32,000 nt of DNA from positions 2,397,754-2,429,753 of the forward strand of contig NZ_CP073100.1 of assembly GCF_018137965.1 (NCBI RefSeq). The letters run 5' to 3'. This document shows positions 16,655 through 23,780 of this stretch, one piece after another; positions within the stretch are counted from its first letter, which is position 1, and each line of letters starts with the position of its first letter. Under the pieces are notes generated by a model, which was given only the letters and a program-made list of their open reading frames with translations, was not told the DNA's origin and ran no database searches. The position numbers and the translations under genes are program-made. This stretch comes from Luteolibacter ambystomatis. Its GTDB lineage: Bacteria; Verrucomicrobiota; Verrucomicrobiia; Verrucomicrobiales; Akkermansiaceae.

Positions 16655-17730
16655 AAGATACGGATGACGTCCTGGCTGTCCGGTTTGGTATAGCTCCCGA
16701 CCACGGCGTTGATGTTTACCGGCACATTGGACCCGCAGGTCAGGCGGGTCCTGTTCGTGAGCATGTCCAGGTCCACCTGCCTGACCATGGCACCCGCCGT
16801 CTTCCAGCCGGATTCGGCGCCGTGCACATTGATCTTCGTGCCGAGCCACTGCCGCGGTGGGATGGATCGGGAAATCTCCACCGTTCCCTCGTAGGGGATG
16901 AAGTCCGCGGCGGCCAGCATGTTGGAGGCCAGCAGCGGCGGAGGTGTCAGATACTGGTAGGCCGCCTTTTCGTAGACCGTCGTCAGCGATGGATAGCCGA
17001 GATTCGGCGGCGGCCCGCTGATGGCTCCATCGATCGTGTAATCCACGGTGATGTAGTAGTTGGTGGTCTGTCCGGTTCCCGGAGTCGGAGAAATGTAGCC
17101 GGTCAGCGTGGTCACCCTTCCCGTGTAGCGGAGAGCCTTCAGAACGGCGGGTGTGGTGTTCGGTGCCCACGCCGTGCCGCCGATCTGCACCCGATACGTG
17201 CCCGTGACGCGGATGCCGGAGGACCGGACATTGTAGTCCGTGAGCATGAAATCCGGAAGGCTCGCGCTGTTCGTGATCCGGTGCCAGGTGTTCGTCACCA
17301 CCGCACCCGTGGCGGAGTCCTTGATCGTGGCGGGAGCGAAAGTGGCGGAGTCCGTGCTGGCCCCGGAACTGTTGCTGGTATAAAGGAAATCCGAGCTGGG
17401 GGCGGGATTGGCCACCAGGTCCGAACCCGCGGCGACGATGGCCTGGGCGATGACCGCATCCAGCACCTTTGCCTCATTCCATCCGCCGACGATCGCACTG
17501 GTTTGAATGGCAACGCTCGGAAGGTTGTCCGGCACCTCGAAGGGCAGCAGTTCCGGTCCGGAGTCCGCCACGATGCGCGCACCGGTTCCCGCGACATCTT
17601 CTCCAAATACGATTTTCCCCGTAGTGGCATTGCGCGTCGCGGTGGTCACCCGGACGCCGCTGAGGCGCAGGACGCGGCGGGGCGTCAGATCCACGGACAG
17701 GGCCTGATCATCACCGAGGGAAAGATCCAC
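16651..17730 (-). CDS. Phage structural protein, unknown family
   Basis: The coding-like sequence begins around GTG 17730 (VDLSLGDDQALSVDLTPRRVLRLSGVRV...). The first ~74 codons of the 433-aa tracked ORF are Arg/His junk with poor GC3. The start is uncertain and may continue by frameshift from the ORF at 17685-17951. Confidence 0.5.
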   Translation of the reverse strand: MDLSLGDDQALSVDLTPRRVLRLSGVRVTTATRNATTGKIVFGEDVAGTGARIVADSGPELLPFEVPDNLPSVAIQTSAIVGGWNEAKVLDAVIAQAIVAAGSDLVANPAPSSDFLYTSNSSGASTDSATFAPATIKDSATGAVVTNTWHRITNSASLPDFMLTDYNVRSSGIRVTGTYRVQIGGTAWAPNTTPAVLKALRYTGRVTTLTGYISPTPGTGQTTNYYITVDYTIDGAISGPPPNLGYPSLTTVYEKAAYQYLTPPPLLASNMLAAADFIPYEGTVEISRSIPPRQWLGTKINVHGAESGWKTAGAMVRQVDLDMLTNRTRLTCGSNVPVNINAVVGSYTKPDSQDVIRIL

Positions 17731-17864
17731 CGTCCGCGTCCGCCGGTGGTGACGAGCATCCCGAGGCCGGCCTTTTCCGCACCGGCGATGAGTTCCTTCA
17801 TGAGACGGACGCTGGAGGGATGCACATCGACATTGGCCTCTTCCTTTGGGATGCCGGGGAGCAT
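17685..17864 (-). CDS. Short ORF in the portal reading frame (59 codons from ATG 17864; coding signal already begins at the portal stop)
   Basis: MLPGIPKEEANVDVHPSSVRLMKELIAGAEKAGLGMLVTTGGRGR... The 28 codons between the portal TGA and this ATG (FTFEGTDHGKRRQRIRGEVVGATVYVDF) have 25/28 G/C third positions and contain no ATG, GTG, TTG or CTG. Confidence 0.3.
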   Translation of the reverse strand: MLPGIPKEEANVDVHPSSVRLMKELIAGAEKAGLGMLVTTGGRGRWIFPSVMIRPCPWI

Positions 17865-17948
17865 GAAGTCGACGTAGACGGTGGCTCCGACGACCTCGCC
17901 GCGGATCCGCTGGCGGCGCTTGCCATGATCGGTGCCCTCGAAGGTGAA

Positions 17949-19655
17949 TCACTCCGGGGTGTCCTCGATGGTGAGATCCTCAAGATCCATTCCGCCGACG
18001 AGTTCCTTGGCACGCGGGATGTGTGCGAGGGCGGCCTTGCGTCTGGCGTCCTCTTCACGGGCGGTGCGTTCCTCGCGGGCGCGCTTGCTTTCACGATCGC
18101 CGTGGTGGGTGGTGGAGGCGGGCGGGCGGTAGGGATCGACCTCCTGGCGATCGCGGGAGGAGTGGGAGGACGAGCCGCCGCTTCCGCCTCCACCACCCTG
18201 GTCGACCCAGCGGCCGCCATCGCGATTGCCCTTCGGGGCGCGCTTTTGATCGGGGCGGTAGGCGGCGGCGATGGTGCTGGCGCGGGCGTGAACGTCCGCC
18301 TGCGGCTGGAGGAAGAGGGTGGCACCGGCGGCGGGCTTGGCGACGCCGAGGGCATCGTAAACATGATCGGCCTCCATGGGGAGGCGGATGCGGTTGATGA
18401 GGATGTCCATGCGCTCGGCCTCGGCCTTGAGGTCGGTGGGCTCGGCCCAGTCCGGGAAGAACTCGGGGAGATCGGCATCCGTGCTACCAGAGTTCCAGTA
18501 GTTCCAGGCGGGGATGAGCTGGCGGGTGATGATGCCGCCGACGAAGTCCGCGATGCCACGGACGACGCCGCCCTTCGTCTCCGCGTGGACCTCGCCAAGG
18601 GCGCGGCTGCCGCCGTCCTTTGAGACGCCGGAGGTGAGGGTCTGGCCGAGCATGTACTGCTGGCATTGTTCATCGGCGAGGCGGAGGAGCTCGGCCTGGG
18701 GGAGGCCCTGGGCGGAGACGGAGTTTTGCGGGAATTCCAAGGTGGTGCCTTGTCGGGCGATCCCCCACCCCGCGTTGCCGAGATTGGCCATCATCTCGGC
18801 GAGGCCTTCCTTCGCGCTGTCGTCGGAATAGGTGGCCCAGCGGAAAGGGACGCCGAAGAGCTGGGCGAACTTCATGAACCACTCGAGGCCGTAAACGGCG
18901 GCGAGCCACCAGCCGGTGAGGACGCGGAGGGGTGCGGAGACCAATGGGTGGCCGGGGTGGCCGCCGTGGATGGCGATGAGGAAGCGGTGCTCGGGGAAAT
19001 CGATGTGATCCGCGGTGACGCCGCCGGAGGGATTGAGCATGAGGCGGTCCTCCTCCCCTCCCCAGCCACGATATCCATAGTAGCGGGCGGGCACGGAGCG
19101 GTAGGCGGCGGGACGCCATTCGCCGCGGAGGTTTTCCCAGCGGGGCTCGGTGACGGAGATGCCGGTGAAGTAGCCGGCGACGAGGTCGTCCATGAGATCC
19201 TCCAGCGCGCCCTCCGCGTAGGCGGGCCGGGGCCGGGCGCCCCAGAGCATGGCATGGGCGCGGGCGCTGGTGGCGGCGGCGGCTTCATCCGGCTGGCGGC
19301 CATCAAGGCACCACGGGCGGCATTTCCACGGTGCGCCTCGTACTTCGCGCTGGAGCTCGGCGAGGGACTTCTGGAGCATGGGCCAGGAATCGAACATGGC
19401 CTGGTAGAGCCGCTGCCAGAGGGCGAGATCGCCGTGGAGGGTGCTCTGGAGGATGCCCTTCACGTCCTGGGGCATCATCTGCCGCTCGAAGATCTCGTAA
19501 AGGCGGTCCCGCGCGGCCTCGATGATGATGGGGCGGGCGACGGAGGAAACGGAGGTTTTGGAGGATGGAGACGCGGTGGCAGCGGCGGCGACATGGGAGT
19601 CGCGGCGGGCGGGAAGCGCGGAACCGACGGGATGGCAGCCAGACATGCCGCGCAT
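17949..19655 (-). CDS. Phage portal protein, Mu gp29 / DUF935-like
   Basis: 568 aa. The N-terminal segment ILQSTLHGDLALWQRLYQAMFDSWPMLQKSLAELQREVRGAPW matches the gp29-type pattern (Gd...q.eLf.dm...d.hl...l..Rk..v..l.w). MLGQTLT is in the core, and the tail is Gly/Ser- and Arg/Glu-rich. ATG at 19655, with a second ATG at 19646. Confidence 0.7.
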   Translation of the reverse strand: MRGMSGCHPVGSALPARRDSHVAAAATASPSSKTSVSSVARPIIIEAARDRLYEIFERQMMPQDVKGILQSTLHGDLALWQRLYQAMFDSWPMLQKSLAELQREVRGAPWKCRPWCLDGRQPDEAAAATSARAHAMLWGARPRPAYAEGALEDLMDDLVAGYFTGISVTEPRWENLRGEWRPAAYRSVPARYYGYRGWGGEEDRLMLNPSGGVTADHIDFPEHRFLIAIHGGHPGHPLVSAPLRVLTGWWLAAVYGLEWFMKFAQLFGVPFRWATYSDDSAKEGLAEMMANLGNAGWGIARQGTTLEFPQNSVSAQGLPQAELLRLADEQCQQYMLGQTLTSGVSKDGGSRALGEVHAETKGGVVRGIADFVGGIITRQLIPAWNYWNSGSTDADLPEFFPDWAEPTDLKAEAERMDILINRIRLPMEADHVYDALGVAKPAAGATLFLQPQADVHARASTIAAAYRPDQKRAPKGNRDGGRWVDQGGGGGSGGSSSHSSRDRQEVDPYRPPASTTHHGDRESKRAREERTAREEDARRKAALAHIPRAKELVGGMDLEDLTIEDTPE

Positions 19656-19689
19656 GGTGCGGGGCGAAGATGGGAGAGCGCACGCGCGG

Positions 19690-19707
19690 CGGGTGGACTA
19701 GGGGGAA
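19690..19707 (-). promoter_or_regulatory. 18-nt motif TTCCCCCTAGTCCACCCG (minus strand), 34 nt upstream of the portal ATG
   Basis: 17 of 18 positions are identical to 22386-22403, which lies 41 nt upstream of the lipoprotein ATG. I saw only these two copies in the window. Confidence 0.25.
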
Positions 19708-19760
19708 TCGACAACCAAGCAATAAAATAGAATTCCCTTTTGATGCGTCACCGTCGCTGT

Positions 19761-21218
19761 CTATCGAGTTGTTCCGAAATCGCGGGCTTCATTCCAAAAG
19801 AGGCGGAGTTTACTCGGGTCAAAGAGCTCTGAGTAGGCTTTCCGGGGCTCGATCTCGGCTGTCCTTTTGATGAATTCTGCGAAATCGGGCTGCATAGCAG
19901 CTTTCATGAACATCATGTCGAGTGCGAGACGATCGAAGCCGGACGCGTTGGCGTCATCAGTAAGGTCACTCGCAATGAAGGCGGCATCGATCACTGCCAC
20001 TTTAGGAATCGTAAGATTTCGCACCACGGTAGGTCGCGGATCGACAGAGGAGAGCTCCTGCGTGACGGATTCCTTCTTCTTGAAATCGAATTCTTGTTCG
20101 CTAGTGACGACAGGAGAGGAGGCTTGATCGGTTCTCGAAATGTCCTGATCAATTCGGGTTTTGGGAAGAAGCAGGTGGAAGGGGTCGGTGGCGAATTTTC
20201 CGAGATTCGAATCGAACTCAATTGCCACCCACATACCCGCTCCGATTTCGGCCTGGAGGACACTGAGTTCGATCTCCAGCGATAACGTGGTTTGAGCGGG
20301 AATCGAGAATACGGGAGTAAGATCTCTTTCCTGATTTCCCTCCGCCCATACGATATCGTGGTGATAGGTGTGAAGGGATTCGAGAGGGCCGGGAAGTGGC
20401 CCCATGACCTCAAAAAGCTCCTTAACCTGATAGGTTAGAGCGGTAATGAGAAGATCTTCTTGGGATGGATTTCGGATAGTAAACTGGAAGACGAGCCGAG
20501 AAGCTTTGCTAAAGGGATACTTGGGTTCAATCGCCATGTAGGAGTCATGATCCTTGAGCCACGACCGATTGCTGTCGCAGAAAATCGCGCTAGCGTCTGT
20601 GCGTTTTCGGTATCCGATGCTGGTGTTGGACAAAGCGAATTGGATGATCTCCGGTTTTGGAGTAGCTTTGGGCGAAGCACTGATCACGACGCTCCCGGAT
20701 TCATCTTTTCCCTGCATCGAATTTTGATGACCCTTATGGACGAAAAGGGCACCCACCATTCCCGCAAGGATCAGTGCGGCCGTGACTGCGGTGCCGATTA
20801 CTGCCATGCGGTTCTTTCTTCGCCGCTCCAATATCCGCAACGCGTGGCCGATCGTCTCCGCGGTCAGGTCGCCGGCCGCATCCAATACAGTGACAGCGCG
20901 AAGGTATGCGGGGATCGTCTGAAATGGAATTGGTTGCGTTTTTACGGTCAATAAACGATTTCCCGGTGTCGGGTATACCTCCTTGAACCACTCCAGTTCC
21001 GTCATTGCGTAGGCGCCTGAAGCTATCGATTCAGGCCGGGCAAGGAAGATGAGCAGCTGTGCATCGGAGACAAACTCGCGGATCTTGTTGTCATAGGATC
21101 CGCCCGGTCGAAGCTGCTGGCGATCAAAGAACACGTCATATCCCTGCTCCCGAAGCCGAATAGAAATGGACTCCGCCAAGTCGGCATCGATTGCCGCGTA
21201 AGAGATAAATACCTTCAC
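19761..21218 (-). CDS. TIR domain - single TM - ~300-aa unknown C-terminal domain protein
   Basis: GTG start. TIR signature KVFISYAAIDADLAESISIRLREQGYDVFFDRQQLRPGG...LLIFLARPESIASGAYAMTELEWF. Basic RRRKNR, then the TM helix MAVIGTAVTAALILAGMVGALFV. About 50% GC by eye, against about 65% in the flanks. Confidence 0.8.
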   Translation of the reverse strand: MKVFISYAAIDADLAESISIRLREQGYDVFFDRQQLRPGGSYDNKIREFVSDAQLLIFLARPESIASGAYAMTELEWFKEVYPTPGNRLLTVKTQPIPFQTIPAYLRAVTVLDAAGDLTAETIGHALRILERRRKNRMAVIGTAVTAALILAGMVGALFVHKGHQNSMQGKDESGSVVISASPKATPKPEIIQFALSNTSIGYRKRTDASAIFCDSNRSWLKDHDSYMAIEPKYPFSKASRLVFQFTIRNPSQEDLLITALTYQVKELFEVMGPLPGPLESLHTYHHDIVWAEGNQERDLTPVFSIPAQTTLSLEIELSVLQAEIGAGMWVAIEFDSNLGKFATDPFHLLLPKTRIDQDISRTDQASSPVVTSEQEFDFKKKESVTQELSSVDPRPTVVRNLTIPKVAVIDAAFIASDLTDDANASGFDRLALDMMFMKAAMQPDFAEFIKRTAEIEPRKAYSELFDPSKLRLFWNEARDFGTTR

Positions 21219-21528
21219 ACGATCATCAGGCTAACGACTCCGGCATCTCCCTGGCAATGGGAAATTGGCTAGAAGCCATCTCGAAAGAGGTTGTTACGGG
21301 TTCTGAAGGGAGAGCAGGCTTATGAGAATGGGGATTGGATGGGAGGCTTGATTGGAATTTGAGATTTCAAAGGGAGGGACGAGAGACTCCGCATCCCTTT
21401 GAAGACCTTCCTCGCCTGAATGCGGCAGGAGCGATAGCGACGGGCCAATCCCGGCGAAGCCGCTCACTGGCATGGCCCGGAGGGCAAGGCTCTACTCCTT
21501 CCGTGAAGGGAGATCCCTGCCCTTCCAT

Positions 21529-21613
21529 CGTCGCTCCGCGACTCGATCTCCGATGCGTGGACGGTCCGTGGGTTGAAACCCACGGCTACGACCCGGCCGT
21601 CGCTCCGCGACTC
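21529..21613. repeat. REP-like element (family with CCGTGGGTTGAAACCCACGG hairpin flanked by CGTCGCTCCGCGACTC direct repeats)
   Basis: Direct repeats at 21529-21544 and 21598-21613. Hairpin with a 9-bp stem at 21566-21585. Confidence 0.7.
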
Positions 21614-21700
21614 ACTTGCATGGGAGGAGACGATGGGAGCGGACGAATCTGTTAGACCCGGACATCTCGGCGAGACGTCCCTACCTCCGGAGGCGGGCGG

Positions 21701-22344
21701 TTATTTTGCGCCGAGCTTTTCGAGCTGGTGGCGGAGGGTTTCGAGGTCGGTGTCGTGGCGCTTGAGGAGGGCGGCGTGCTCGGCGGTGGTGCGGTCGAGA
21801 TCGCGGCGGCTTCCGCGGCGAGGGATTGGCGGGCGGACTCGGCGAACTGGTATTGGCTGGTGAGTGCCTGCGCCTGGCGGGTGAGCATGGCGACGGCGCT
21901 GTCTCCGGTGGAGGCGGCGGCGAGCGCGGCGGCGTGGGCGTTGCGCGCTTCATCGAGGGCGGTGGTTTGTCCGGCGATGAGGGAGGTTTGTTTCGCGACG
22001 GTGGCCTGGAAGGCGTCGACCTGGTCGCGGAGAGCGGCGTTTTCCGCAGCGACGCGGGTGAGCTGGGCGGCGGTGGCGGTGCCCTTGCCGGCGAGGCGGG
22101 CGGTTTCCGTGGCAAGGGTGCGGGCGCGATCGGTGGCGGTGGCGAGATCGCGGGCGAGGAGGTCATTGGCGGCGTGGAGACCGGCGGCGGAATCGGCGGC
22201 GCGCTGGAGGCCGGGCCGGATGGCATCGACGGCGGGAACGACGGGAGCGGCCTGCGGGAGTGGCAGCAGCGGGAGCGGCTTCACCTGCGGGGCACAGGAG
22301 AAAAGGCCGGCGCAGAGCGGGAGCAGGAGAATGGCGCGGTGCAT
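21701..22344 (-). CDS. Coiled-coil lipoprotein with an apparent frameshift near 21800-21812
   Basis: MHRAILLLPLCAGLFSC has a lipobox. A long Ala/Leu/Gln/Thr coiled coil runs to ...SLAAEAAA, after which the tracked frame becomes Pro/Ser/Thr junk. A different frame reads RDLDRTTAEHAALLKRHDTDLETLRHQLEKLGAK and stops at 21701. Confidence 0.6.
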
Positions 22345-22385
22345 GGCGGCACGGTGCGAGCGTGACGCCGGAAGCGCGATGGGAT

Positions 22386-22403
22386 CGGGCGGACTAGGGG
22401 GAA
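22386..22403 (-). promoter_or_regulatory. Second copy of the 18-nt motif (TTCCCCCTAGTCCGCCCG on the minus strand)
   Basis: See 19690-19707. It lies 41 nt upstream of the ATG at 22344. Confidence 0.25.
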
Positions 22404-22441
22404 GTGCAGGGTGATCAGTCAGCAGAATGGGCGCGCAGCGG

Positions 22442-22600
22442 CAATGTAGTCGAAAGCTCCGCTTTCGATATGGGGGGCGGCCGGGTGGTGGAGTGGGAGC
22501 CGGAGGATAAGTGACGTCCAGTCCGCGAAGAGGGAAAGCTGGAGCTTCCCCCTACATTGTAGTCGAAAGCGCCGCTTTCGATCCGAGGGGCGGCCGGATG
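22442..22600. repeat. Composite repeat D-E-D, copy 1
   Basis: D = CAATGTAGTCGAAAGCTCCGCTTTCGATATGGGGGGCGGCCGGGTGG (22442-22488; 8-bp stem TCGAAAGC/GCTTTCGA). E = AAGAGGGAAAGCTGGAGCTTCCCCCTACA (22528-22556). A second D lies at 22557-22597. Confidence 0.85.
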
Positions 22601-22704
22601 ATGAAGTGGAGCCACACGAGGAGGCCCACCGCGGACCAGAGGCAGGCGCGGGCGAGGCGGAGCCGGAAACGGAATCCAACCGGATCAGTTTCCACGGGGT
22701 TCAT
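22552..22704 (-). pseudogene. 5' fragment of a third membrane-protein paralog, truncated by the composite repeat
   Basis: ATG at 22704. MNPVETDPVGFRFRLRLARACLWSAVGLLVWLHFIIRPP parallels the N-terminus of the 22685-23185 protein, then runs straight into repeat D (LGSKAALSTTM, stop). Confidence 0.6.
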
Positions 22705-23185
22705 AGTAGATGGCAGGCGTGGGTTTCCAACCGGGGAGAATGAGGAGGCCGAGCGCGGTGGCGATGGAGGCCAGGAGCATGCGGAGGAATCCGTGATGGA
22801 CTTCACCCTCCATGTGTATCCGGAGGAGTGCGTGGAAAAACGAGCCGCACGCGGCCAGCGCGATGAGCCGGACGATCCAGCGCAGGAGGGCATGGCGGAC
22901 CATCACGCCCGCGAACCAGGGGACGACGAGCGTGATGACGGCGGAGGCTAGGAAGACCGGGTTGTCTCCAGGCTCGGAGCAATGGTCGGTGATCCTGAAC
23001 CCCGCGATTTCCCCGTACACCACCAGCATCCTCCTCCAGCAGATGTCCCACACGATCCACAGCGGCGGATGGCCGCCCCGGACAAACTGCGTGCCGACGA
23101 CCAGGAACAGGCCGAACCACAGCAGGGTGCGTGCGGTGAAAAGCCGGACGCGGAAAAGCAGCGGATCAGTGGCTACCGGGTTCAT
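22685..23185 (-). CDS. Small ~4-TM membrane protein, paralog A
   Basis: ATG at 23185 (MNPVATDPLLFRVRLFTARTLLWFGLFLVV...). Four hydrophobic segments, ending ...LILPGWKPTPAIYYEPRGN. The upstream 129 codons of the tracked ORF are out-of-frame overlap with paralog B. Confidence 0.7.
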   Translation of the reverse strand: MNPVATDPLLFRVRLFTARTLLWFGLFLVVGTQFVRGGHPPLWIVWDICWRRMLVVYGEIAGFRITDHCSEPGDNPVFLASAVITLVVPWFAGVMVRHALLRWIVRLIALAACGSFFHALLRIHMEGEVHHGFLRMLLASIATALGLLILPGWKPTPAIYYEPRGN

Positions 23186-23705
23186 CGTAGTTGGCGGCTG
23201 GTGTTTCCTTATCCGCGCCAGGCAGGATGCAGGGCGCGGCGGCTTTCCATCCGGACAGCAGGCAGAGGCCGGCGGCATTGGTGAGAGCAGCGAGTACGAA
23301 CAGCACACCGCCGGAGTAGATTCCCTCCACATCGTCATACCGACCGATGGACGGCCACGGAACGGCCAGGAAGACGACAAGCGCCGCGACCGCCAGCGCC
23401 CGGCAGATCCACCGCAGCGGGGCGTTTCCGGCGAGCACCCGCGCGAACCACGGGCAGACGGCGGAGAGAAAGAGGATCGTCCCGAGGGAGGCGAGGAACG
23501 CGGTGTAGAGGTTCGGCCCCAGGATGTATCCGCCCGGATGATGGCCGAGGCGGAAGCCGACCATGGTTTCACGAGGAATGTCGAAAAACATCCACCGCAC
23601 GGAATATCCGTGCGTCCAATCCAAAGGCAATGCCGCGAGGAGGAGGGCCGGTGCGAGCCAGAGGAGGATGCGGGCGAGGCGGCGGCGGCGCGGGGATTCC
23701 GGCAT
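23166..23705 (-). CDS. Small ~4-TM membrane protein, paralog B
   Basis: ATG at 23705 (MPESPRRRRLARILLWLAPALLL...), with an alternative ATG at 23750. It ends ...LLSGWKAAAPCILPGADKETPAANYDEPGSH. The architecture matches paralog A and the C-terminal GWK...Y(Y/D)EP motifs are conserved. Its 3' end overlaps the start of A by 20 nt. Confidence 0.7.
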   Translation of the reverse strand: MPESPRRRRLARILLWLAPALLLAALPLDWTHGYSVRWMFFDIPRETMVGFRLGHHPGGYILGPNLYTAFLASLGTILFLSAVCPWFARVLAGNAPLRWICRALAVAALVVFLAVPWPSIGRYDDVEGIYSGGVLFVLAALTNAAGLCLLSGWKAAAPCILPGADKETPAANYDEPGSH

Positions 23706-23780
23706 GATGTGGAGGATCACGGGTGGCCGGGGTATTGGCAAGGATGCCATGAGCTACATTCTTCCCCACACCGGGAGTCA

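Noticed and set aside
17798-19730. ORFs overlapping the portal gene (291 aa minus; 267 aa and 354 aa plus)
   Set aside because: They are off-frame or antisense to the portal. They are Pro/Ser/Ala/Arg or Gly/Ala-rich with no motifs.
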